The notes under the pieces are model-generated. The model was given only the letters and a program-made list of their open reading frames with translations. It had not been told where the DNA came from and made no database searches. Shown one piece after another: positions 1 to 6,173 of a stretch of DNA of 32,321 nt; positions within the stretch are counted from its first letter, which is position 1, and the number at the start of each line of letters is the position of its first letter. The position numbers and the translations under genes were made by a program. Origin of the DNA: an uncultured Thermoplasmatales archaeon (GTDB lineage: Archaea > Thermoplasmatota > E2 > UBA202 > DSCA01); NCBI GenBank assembly GCA_964530745.1, contig CAZHBO010000001.1:1-32321 (forward strand), written 5' to 3'.

Positions 1-188
1 AAAATTATGAAGAAGGATTAAAAAAGGATGATGCCATCCTTTTAGGAATAAAAGCGTTGTATAAGGTAACAGAGAAAAAGCTGGAGAAAGGAGCGGTGGA
101 AATCGGAGTTGTTTCAGAAAAGGAAAATTTTCATATTCTTTCTCAAAAAGAAATTGAAAAATACGTTGGAAAGGTGGTTGGTTCATAA
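1..188 (+). CDS. psmA: Proteasome subunit alpha, C-terminal fragment (5' end lies outside the window)
   Basis: The open frame from nt 3 reads [61 protein letters not shown]. The stop TAA at 186-188 overlaps the next ATG (TAATG). The pattern resembles the C-terminal helices of archaeal 20S alpha subunits. psmA is the canonical gene upstream of SBDS in the archaeal exosome superoperon. It is absent from the ORF track because it has no start codon in the window. Confidence 0.75.
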   Translation, partial: NYEEGLKKDDAILLGIKALYKVTEKKLEKGAVEIGVVSEKENFHILSQKEIEKYVGKVVGS

Positions 189-883
189 TGGTATCGTTGG
201 AGGATGCTGTTATAGCAAGATATGATAAAAAAGGCTCTCATTTCGAAATTCTGGTGGATCCCTATGCTGCAGAAGATTTTCTGGAAGGAAAGGAAATAGA
301 TATAAGGGAAAGCATGGCAATTGATTTAATTTTTAAAGATTCCCGCAAAGGAGAAAAAGCATCTGAAGAGGCATTGCAGGAAGCTTTCAATACAACAGAT
401 GTGGAAACAATTGCAAAAATAATAATAAAAGAAGGAGAGATTCAGCTCACAACCAAGCAAAGGAGGGAAATGCAGGAGAGAAAGAGAAAAAAAATTGTTG
501 ATACCATAGCAAGGACTTCAATGGACCCGCATACAAAACTACCCCATCCTAGGGAGAGGATAGAGTTAGCAATGGAAGAAGCAGGCGTGCATATTGACCC
601 TTTCAAACCGGTAGATGCGCAGATAAAAGATGTTGTCAATGCCCTGCGCCCTATTCTGCCTCTTTCTATTGAAAATGTTCATGTGGAGGTTAAGGTTCCC
701 AGCAAATATACAGGTAGGGCATATGGGGAAATAAGGGCATATGGAAACATTATAAAGGAGGAATGGCTTTCTGATGGCTCATTACATTGTATCATTGAAA
801 TTCCTGCTGGTATGCAGACAGAATTTTATGATAAATTGAATCACATTACTAAAGGAGAAGTTGAGGCAAAATTGATGAAATAA
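188..883 (+). CDS. sdo1: SBDS-family ribosome maturation protein (Shwachman-Bodian-Diamond homolog)
   Basis: 231 aa. The N-terminal FYSH-like segment ([18 protein letters not shown]...IFKD...GEKASEE.L.EAF.T.D) is typical of archaeal SBDS. The gene sits between psmA and rrp4, as in the conserved superoperon. Confidence 0.9.
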   Translation: MVSLEDAVIARYDKKGSHFEILVDPYAAEDFLEGKEIDIRESMAIDLIFKDSRKGEKASEEALQEAFNTTDVETIAKIIIKEGEIQLTTKQRREMQERKRKKIVDTIARTSMDPHTKLPHPRERIELAMEEAGVHIDPFKPVDAQIKDVVNALRPILPLSIENVHVEVKVPSKYTGRAYGEIRAYGNIIKEEWLSDGSLHCIIEIPAGMQTEFYDKLNHITKGEVEAKLMK

Positions 884-895
884 TTTTGGAGGATT

Positions 896-1555
896 ATGAT
901 GGAAAGAAAAATTGTGATACCCGGAACAATTGTGGGAACTGTTGGAAAACATAAGCCGGGAAGGGGGACGTTTAGCGAGGAAGGAAATATTTATGCATCC
1001 CGTCTTGGCATTGTTGAGGAAAGAGCAGGTTATATCAATGTTATTCCTCTCTCGGGTGTGTATGAGCCAGTTGTAGGGGACAATATTATCGGCATCATTG
1101 GAGAAGTGGGAAGAACAAGTTGGATGGTTGATATTAATGCACCATATCCTGCCTTGCTGAGGGCAGATGAAGTTCAATGGAAAATTGATTATGGAGAAAC
1201 TTCCCGTTTTCTCCGCGTCGGAGATGCAATTCTCGCAACAATAGCATCCGTCAATGAAGCGCGTAATATAGAGATTTCTATGAAAGGGAAACCGTGCCGT
1301 AAAATCGAAGATGGAATAATCATTGAAATTCAGCCATCAAAAGTTCCCAGGATTATAGGAAAAAATGGCTCAATGGTTTCTTTACTTCGCCAACATACGG
1401 GATGCTGGATATTTGTTGGACAGAATGGAAGGGTATGGATTAGAGGGGAATCAGAAAACATATCCCGCTTGGTAGAGGCAATAAGGAAAATAGAAAGAGA
1501 AGCCCATACTACAGGGCTTACAGATAGAATATCAAAATTTTTAGAAGGTGAGTAA
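896..1555 (+). CDS. rrp4: Exosome complex RNA-binding subunit Rrp4 (N-terminal domain, S1, KH)
   Basis: 219 aa. The S1-like core is VGDNIIGIIGEVGRTSWMVDINAPYPALL. The KH GXXG motif is KVPRIIGKNGSMVSLL. A GGAGG SD lies at 888-892. The stop abuts the rrp41 ATG. Confidence 0.9.
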   Translation: MMERKIVIPGTIVGTVGKHKPGRGTFSEEGNIYASRLGIVEERAGYINVIPLSGVYEPVVGDNIIGIIGEVGRTSWMVDINAPYPALLRADEVQWKIDYGETSRFLRVGDAILATIASVNEARNIEISMKGKPCRKIEDGIIIEIQPSKVPRIIGKNGSMVSLLRQHTGCWIFVGQNGRVWIRGESENISRLVEAIRKIEREAHTTGLTDRISKFLEGE

Positions 1556-2266
1556 ATGGAATTGATAAAAGATGGAAAAAGAATTGATGGTCGCCTGCCA
1601 AATGAAATGAGAAAAATAAAAATTGAGGCAGGACCTTTGTATAGGGCAGATGGCTCATGCTATCTGGAATGGGGTGGAAATAAAGTTTTGGTCGCCGTAT
1701 ATGGACCAAAGGAAGCAATTCCCCGCCACATTCAAAATCCAACAAAAGCTTTGGTGAATGCAAGATATAATATGGCTTCATTCAGCGTTGAGGATAGAAA
1801 AAGACCTGGACCAGATAGAAGAAGTCTTGAAATCTCAAAAATTACATCCGAGGCTTTTGAAAATGTTATACTAACAGAGTTATTTCCAAGAACAATCATT
1901 GACATCAACATCGAAGTTTTAGACGCAGAGGCAGGGACGAGATGCGCAGGCATAACGGCAGCAGCAGTCGCTTTAGCAGATGCTGGCATTCCCATGAGAG
2001 ATATACCTGTAGCATGTGCTGCAGGAAAGGTTGATGGAGTAGTTGTTTTGGATTTAACAAGTGAGGAGGATAAAAAAGGAGATGCTGATTTGCCTGTTGC
2101 AATTGCGCCTAGAAGCGAGGAAATATTGTTGTTGCAAATGGATGGACATATGACTACCGAGGAATTTGACCAGGCATTGGATATGGCAATAAAAGGATGT
2201 AAGGAAATTTCAAAATTGCAGAAGGAAGCTTTGTTGAAAAAATATAAAACATTTGAGGAGGAATAA
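1556..2266 (+). CDS. rrp41: Exosome complex exonuclease Rrp41 (RNase PH domain, catalytic subunit)
   Basis: 236 aa. RNase PH signatures are present: DGR...ElR.i.ie.G.l..ADGS, and [23 protein letters not shown]. It occupies the expected position after rrp4. Confidence 0.92.
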   Translation: MELIKDGKRIDGRLPNEMRKIKIEAGPLYRADGSCYLEWGGNKVLVAVYGPKEAIPRHIQNPTKALVNARYNMASFSVEDRKRPGPDRRSLEISKITSEAFENVILTELFPRTIIDINIEVLDAEAGTRCAGITAAAVALADAGIPMRDIPVACAAGKVDGVVVLDLTSEEDKKGDADLPVAIAPRSEEILLLQMDGHMTTEEFDQALDMAIKGCKEISKLQKEALLKKYKTFEEE

Positions 2267-2267
2267 A

Positions 2268-3038
2268 ATGGAATTGTCATCTGTAAAGAAAGATTATCTC
2301 TATCGCCTTGCAAAAGAAGGAAAAAGACCGGATGGTAGGGCATTTGATGAATACCGCCCCATTAGCATAGAAAAAGGAGTCATTAAAATGGCAGAAGGCT
2401 CAGCTAGGGTAAAAATAGGGAATACAATGGTTCTCGCTGGGATAAAAATGGATGTCGGCGAGCCATATCCTGATACACCAGAGGAGGGGGCTATGTCCAC
2501 ATCTGCTGAACTTGTTCCACTCGCATCCCCTGACTTCGAGGCTGGTCCTCCTAGGGAGGATGCAATAGAGCTTGCCCGTGTTGTTGATAGAGGCATAAGA
2601 GAATCGAAGTTCATCCAACTGGATAAATTATGCATTGAGCCGGGAGAAAAGGTATGGATTGTATTCATTGACTTGCATGTTTTAGATTATGACGGAAATT
2701 TATTTGACGCATGCTCATTGGCAGCAAGTGCAGCTGCCTTGAATACGGTTGTTCCAAATGAGAGGTTTGGATTGGGAGAAGATAAGCCACTCCCATTAAC
2801 AGACCCACCCATAAGTTGTACATTCGTTAAATATAATGGAGTTATTGTGATTGACCCCTCATTGGAGGAAGAGGAAGTTGCAGAAGCAAGATATACTGTT
2901 GCAATTGATAAAAACGGAGATATAAGAGCGATGCAGAAAGGATTAAAAGGAAGCTTTACTGTGGAGGAAATAAAGAACAACATAAAAATAGCTCAGAAAA
3001 CATCAAAAAAGATAAGGAAGTTATTATTGGAGGAATAA
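2268..3038 (+). CDS. rrp42: Exosome complex subunit Rrp42 (inactive RNase PH-like)
   Basis: RNase PH-like fold: RPDGRAFDEYRPISIEKGVI..AEGSA.VKIGNT.V. The ORF-track start at 2253 is a TTG. I prefer the ATG at 2268, which follows a GAGGAGG SD (2255-2261) and lies just after the rrp41 stop (2264-2266). Confidence 0.9.
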   Translation: MELSSVKKDYLYRLAKEGKRPDGRAFDEYRPISIEKGVIKMAEGSARVKIGNTMVLAGIKMDVGEPYPDTPEEGAMSTSAELVPLASPDFEAGPPREDAIELARVVDRGIRESKFIQLDKLCIEPGEKVWIVFIDLHVLDYDGNLFDACSLAASAAALNTVVPNERFGLGEDKPLPLTDPPISCTFVKYNGVIVIDPSLEEEEVAEARYTVAIDKNGDIRAMQKGLKGSFTVEEIKNNIKIAQKTSKKIRKLLLEE

Positions 3039-3039
3039 A

Positions 3040-3312
3040 ATGGCGAAAAGAACAAAAAAAGTAGGTGCAACAGGGAAATTTGGTCCTCGCTACGGTCTGA
3101 AAACAAAGAGAAAGTATAAAAAAATGGAGGAGAAACAGCGCAAATGGCATGTCTGTCCAGCATGCGGTCATAGGAAAGTTAAAAGAGAGAGTACTGGTAT
3201 ATGGGTCTGCAGGAAATGCAATACAACATTTGCAGGAGGGGCATATGTGCCGACCACTCCATCTGGAATGGAAGCAGAAAAGAATTTGAAGAGCCTTGTT
3301 GGAGGTAAATAA
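3040..3312 (+). CDS. rpl37ae: 50S ribosomal protein L37Ae (eL43), zinc ribbon
   Basis: 90 aa. The sequence AKRTKKVG..GKFG.RYG plus CPACG...CRKC is diagnostic of L37Ae. Confidence 0.92.
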   Translation: MAKRTKKVGATGKFGPRYGLKTKRKYKKMEEKQRKWHVCPACGHRKVKRESTGIWVCRKCNTTFAGGAYVPTTPSGMEAEKNLKSLVGGK

Positions 3313-3452
3313 TGGCTTCCTATAAATGTGGTAAATGCGGGAATAATGTAGACATTGATTCAGAAAAAATGGGGATTAAATGCCCCATTTGTGGGAGTAA
3401 AATTTTTTACAAGGAGAGAGGCACTATCGCCAAAAGAATAAAGGCGAGGTAA
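3312..3452 (+). CDS. rpoP: DNA-directed RNA polymerase subunit P (Rpo12/RpoP), 46-aa zinc ribbon
   Basis: Not in the ORF track because it is under 60 aa. My own translation is MASYKCGKCGNNVDIDSEKMGIKCPICGSKIFYKERGTIAKRIKAR. It has the Y.C..CG....CP.CG.+I.YK signature of RpoP/Rpb12. Its start overlaps the L37Ae stop (TAATG at 3310-3314) and its stop overlaps the next ATG (TAATG at 3450-3454). The position after L37Ae is canonical. Confidence 0.82.
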   Translation: MASYKCGKCGNNVDIDSEKMGIKCPICGSKIFYKERGTIAKRIKAR

Positions 3453-3673
3453 TGCATAAGGTTTGCATCACCATAGAAAGCGAAAAAAATGATGTTATTT
3501 ATCGTGCCATTAAAGAGGAGAAGGTTCCAAGGGCTAGGGTAAAAATATGGAAAGATGATGCATTGCATGTTGAAATAGAAGCTTCCAATGCAGCAAATTT
3601 AAGGGCTGCCTGCAATTCTTTCCTCAAATGGATTGATCTGGTTTATAAGATAGGAGATGTTTTGAAGGAGTAA
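3452..3673 (+). CDS. pcc1: KEOPS complex subunit Pcc1 (CTAG/Pcc1 family)
   Basis: 73 aa. The segment LHVEIEASNAANLRAACNSFLKWIDLV matches the Pcc1 signature (.I.A.D..ALR...NS.LRWI). The gene is translationally coupled to rpoP. Confidence 0.78.
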   Translation: MHKVCITIESEKNDVIYRAIKEEKVPRARVKIWKDDALHVEIEASNAANLRAACNSFLKWIDLVYKIGDVLKE

Positions 3674-3677
3674 AACT

Positions 3678-3899
3678 ATGAGCAAGAAAATAGTAGCCAT
3701 ATGGTTAGGGGTTTCTCTGGTTGCAGGGGCAGTATTTTCATTGATGTTTTATACATTGCATGCTCCTACTTTGGCCATCCTTGAGGCTGGATTTATAGCC
3801 TTTGCCACTACAGCAGGATTACTTGGTGTAGTGATGGGCATTATATTCATACTTAAACGGAAAAGGGAGAAAGAGTTATTAATGAAGTATGGAAAATAA
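3678..3899 (+). CDS. Small membrane protein, two predicted TM helices and a basic C-tail
   Basis: 73 aa. It has two hydrophobic stretches (IVAIWLGVSLVAGAVFSLMF and GFIAFATTAGLLGVVMGIIFIL) followed by KRKREKE. The ATG lies 4 nt after the pcc1 stop. I recognise no family. Confidence 0.5.
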   Translation: MSKKIVAIWLGVSLVAGAVFSLMFYTLHAPTLAILEAGFIAFATTAGLLGVVMGIIFILKRKREKELLMKYGK

Positions 3900-4014
3900 A
3901 CGATTGCGGCAGAACGACAAAGTGGAGATGATTCAGTAAAAAAAATTTCTAATGCGGCTCAAAGCCAGAGAATCTTCCTCAAAATTTATTTATGTTTATC
4001 ATAAATTTCATAGC

Positions 4015-4224
4015 ATGAATAAAATATTGCTAATAACATTCAGAGTTATAAGAATCATTGGGTTTGCTATATTTGCATATGGAACGTATGCATTTGCTGT
4101 TTGCGCGTATAACAGTAATATAGTTTCTACAAAAGGATGGCTATTTTCCCTTTCAATCCTACTACTTGGTTTAGTTCTTTTTGGGCTTTCTCACTACATG
4201 ATTAAAAGAGAGGGAAAAGTGTAG
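4015..4224 (+). CDS. Small membrane protein, two predicted TM helices and a basic C-tail
   Basis: The ORF-track start at 3952 adds a non-hydrophobic 21-aa leader. I prefer the ATG at 4015 (MNKILLITF...) because a TATA-like TTTATTTA at about 3986-3993 sits about 25 nt upstream, which would give a leaderless mRNA. The architecture resembles the 4487-4702 product. Confidence 0.45.
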   Translation: MNKILLITFRVIRIIGFAIFAYGTYAFAVCAYNSNIVSTKGWLFSLSILLLGLVLFGLSHYMIKREGKV

Positions 4225-4486
4225 GATCAATGAAGAAAAATGATTCATCCCTCTTACACCTAAAGGTGGGAGCTCTCCATTAAGTGGAAAATATCTTTGA
4301 CATTTTTAGTCTGTACATCTACCATAAATGGTTAAAGCAAGAATTTTATAAACCAGTGTGGATATTCTATGGGAAAGCAAACAACCGAGATACATATTTT
4401 GCAGTGGCAGCTTATATATAAGATGGAAAAAACCCTATCGGATTAACTAATAAAAAAACTAAATATACATTTCATGATTAAGAGAT

Positions 4487-4702
4487 ATGAGCAAGAGTAT
4501 CTTTCGTAAAGCTATTATTTATATTGGATTTGCTATCGGTATTCCCTTAACAGTCTATGGAGCAATTTGGTTGGTAGGTTTCATGAGTCACCCAACAATG
4601 ATGGGAGAACCAGTTCCATTACAAACATATTTAACCGGATTATTTATTCTACTTGTAGGTATTTTGATAACTGTCTTATCTTATCTTTCCTTAAAAAAAT
4701 AA
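4487..4702 (+). CDS. Small membrane protein, two predicted TM helices and a basic C-tail
   Basis: 71 aa. The hydrophobic stretches are IIYIGFAIGIPLTVYGAIWLVGF and LTGLFILLVGILITVLSYL, ending in SLKK. A TATA-like AAATATAC at 4461-4468 lies about 22 nt upstream of the ATG. Confidence 0.5.
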   Translation: MSKSIFRKAIIYIGFAIGIPLTVYGAIWLVGFMSHPTMMGEPVPLQTYLTGLFILLVGILITVLSYLSLKK

Positions 4703-4763
4703 AGGGATTGTATGAGCGAGTATAGTGTAAGACTTATATTCTCAACAATGTAAAGGAGCAATG

Positions 4764-4784
4764 TAAGAATAAAATAGGAAATAA
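4764..4784 (-). terminator. Possible oligo-T archaeal terminator downstream of the radical SAM gene
   Basis: On the minus strand, immediately after the stop codon, the sequence reads TTATTTCCTATTTTATTCTTA. It contains T-runs of the kind used for archaeal intrinsic termination. Confidence 0.3.
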
Positions 4785-6107
4785 CTAAGATGCGAAAAAC
4801 TCTCTCCAGTAATATCTTTTCATTGCAACATTTATGGAGGGGAGAACAAAAGATGTTGGGGACAATTTTGATAACCTAATATTTCCATATGTCCTTTTAA
4901 GCAATTGTGGCATTGTGTAATAACCCTTTATCACTTTTTTTGTTCCCTCCAGTAATTCCTTTGGTGTCATATTTTTTGGATAATAAACGACGTTTGACTG
5001 TGTATATTTTGACCAATCTTTGCAAAATATTCTTCCCTCTTTGTCAAGCCTATCATATAACGGCGTTCCAGGGTAAGGAGTTAAAATATTAAATTCTCCT
5101 GCATCTATCTCCCATTCCAGCATGGACTCAAGCGTTAAATCAAAAATTTCAGGAGTGTCCCCATCAAATCCAAATATTATGCCTGCAACAATTGCCATTC
5201 CATGCTTCCTTATCGTCTTTATTGACTTCTCATATTCACTTGCTTTGTTTGAAACTTTATGTGCTTCCTTTAAACTTTCCTGCGAGATAGATTCTATGCC
5301 AACAAACCATGATATGCATCCCGCTTCCTTTGCCAGTTCCAAAAATTTTTCATCTCTGCCGAGCAAATTTATATTTCCATTTGCAATCCATTTTTTATTT
5401 ACTTTCTGCTTTATCATTTCTTTAAATAAAGCTCTGCTGTATGCTGGATTTATCGTCAAGGAAGGGTCTCTAAATATTATCACTTTGTTTGGAATTTTTT
5501 TCATTTCGTTTATTACAGCTTCTATTGGTCTGCTCCTTAGCCTCCTTCCTAAAAAAACAGATGTGGAACAAAATTCACATGCATTGGGGCATCCACGGGA
5601 GGTCTGTATGCATCCTGTGAGGGGCTGATGTTTTATCAAATCCATCCTTGGTTCAGGTATTTTCTCTGGCTCAATCCAGCCATTTGGATAATAAAATGGC
5701 TTTAGCTTACCCTTTTCCATATCTTCCAGCAATTGAGGCCATCCTATTTCTCCTTCTCCTAAAACGACACTATCAGCATGCTGTTTTGCTTCCTCAGGCA
5801 TTGCCGTTGGATGATAACCACCGAGAACAACTTTAACTCCTATTTCCCTAAATTTGTCCGCCATTTTGTATACATATGGAGCAGTCATGGTGAGAACGCT
5901 TATGCCGACTAGGTCATATTCATCACTGAAATCAACCTTTTCAAAATTTTCATCTATTATCTTAACTTCATGCTTTGGTGGCGTTACGGCAGCTAGCTGT
6001 GGGAGAGTTAAGGAAGGATTTCCAAAAAGTTTTGAAAATGGAGTTTTGCTATCTTTGTATGTCGTAACCCCATGCTCCAATTTGGGATAGATAAGGAGTA
6101 TCTTCAT
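4785..6107 (-). CDS. Class B (cobalamin-binding domain) radical SAM enzyme, substrate unknown
   Basis: The N-terminal B12-binding-like Rossmann segment reads MKILLIYPK...DLVGISVLTMTAPYVYKMADKFREIGVKVVLGGYHPT. It is followed by the canonical CxxxCxxC cluster motif (SRGCPNACEFCS). The ORF-track start at 6170 is a TTG. I prefer the ATG at 6107, which has a GGTGA SD-like element and a minus-strand TATA (CCTTATATATG, about 6130-6140). Confidence 0.85.
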   Translation of the reverse strand: MKILLIYPKLEHGVTTYKDSKTPFSKLFGNPSLTLPQLAAVTPPKHEVKIIDENFEKVDFSDEYDLVGISVLTMTAPYVYKMADKFREIGVKVVLGGYHPTAMPEEAKQHADSVVLGEGEIGWPQLLEDMEKGKLKPFYYPNGWIEPEKIPEPRMDLIKHQPLTGCIQTSRGCPNACEFCSTSVFLGRRLRSRPIEAVINEMKKIPNKVIIFRDPSLTINPAYSRALFKEMIKQKVNKKWIANGNINLLGRDEKFLELAKEAGCISWFVGIESISQESLKEAHKVSNKASEYEKSIKTIRKHGMAIVAGIIFGFDGDTPEIFDLTLESMLEWEIDAGEFNILTPYPGTPLYDRLDKEGRIFCKDWSKYTQSNVVYYPKNMTPKELLEGTKKVIKGYYTMPQLLKRTYGNIRLSKLSPTSFVLPSINVAMKRYYWREFFAS

Positions 6108-6173
6108 TCGCTCACCAAAAATGAATGGCATATATAAGGTTTTGTCCTTTGTATTGAGCATTAAAAGCAATAA

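Noticed and set aside
1732-2343. Long antisense ORFs in the six-frame track. Examples: 1732-2343 (203 aa, opposite rrp41), 782-1177, 5122-5628 (opposite the radical SAM), 11855-12295 (opposite hpt), 13525-13995 (opposite the transglutaminase-fold gene), 16292-16783 (opposite aRF1) and 24030-24527 (165 aa, spanning the amidohydrolase/CBS junction).
   Set aside because: Each lies entirely opposite a gene with strong family signatures. Their translations are low-complexity (Ser/Leu/Phe/Ile-rich) with no recognisable motifs, and they have no SD or TATA context. This is typical shadow-ORF behaviour in AT-rich coding DNA.
4258-4269. Short palindromes in the 4225-4486 gap (CACCTAAAGGTG, ACCATAAATGGT).
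   Set aside because: The arms are 5 bp with 2-nt centres, too short for a stable hairpin. They are not repeated elsewhere in the window, so there is no evidence of function.
4284-4421. A 45-aa GTG-initiated ORF (MENIFDIFSLYIYHKWLKQEFYKPVWIFYGKANNRDTYFAVAAYI) inside the 262-nt gap.
   Set aside because: It has a non-ATG start, no SD or TATA at the proper distance, no TM segment unlike its neighbours, and no recognisable motif. I cannot support it as a gene from sequence alone. It is mentioned only as something transcriptomics could revisit.
4785-6107. The idea that the radical SAM enzyme plus the nearby small ORFs (3678-4702) form a RiPP (rSAM-modified peptide) cluster.
   Set aside because: The small ORFs are on the opposite strand and convergent with the rSAM gene. 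They are hydrophobic two-TM proteins rather than leader-core precursor peptides. No protease/transporter or RRE-like element is adjacent in the appropriate orientation.
6108-6170. N-terminal extensions in the ORF track: 6108-6170, 19871-19894, 2253-2267, 17194-17205, 29109-29126, 3952-4014 and 28195-28287.
   Set aside because: Most begin at TTG or GTG codons that overlap the preceding gene or the likely promoter. The 3952 and 28287 starts are ATGs, but they add implausible leaders or overlap folD. Downstream ATGs have better SD or TATA spacing and give N-termini typical of the families, such as signal peptides or MKILLIYPK.
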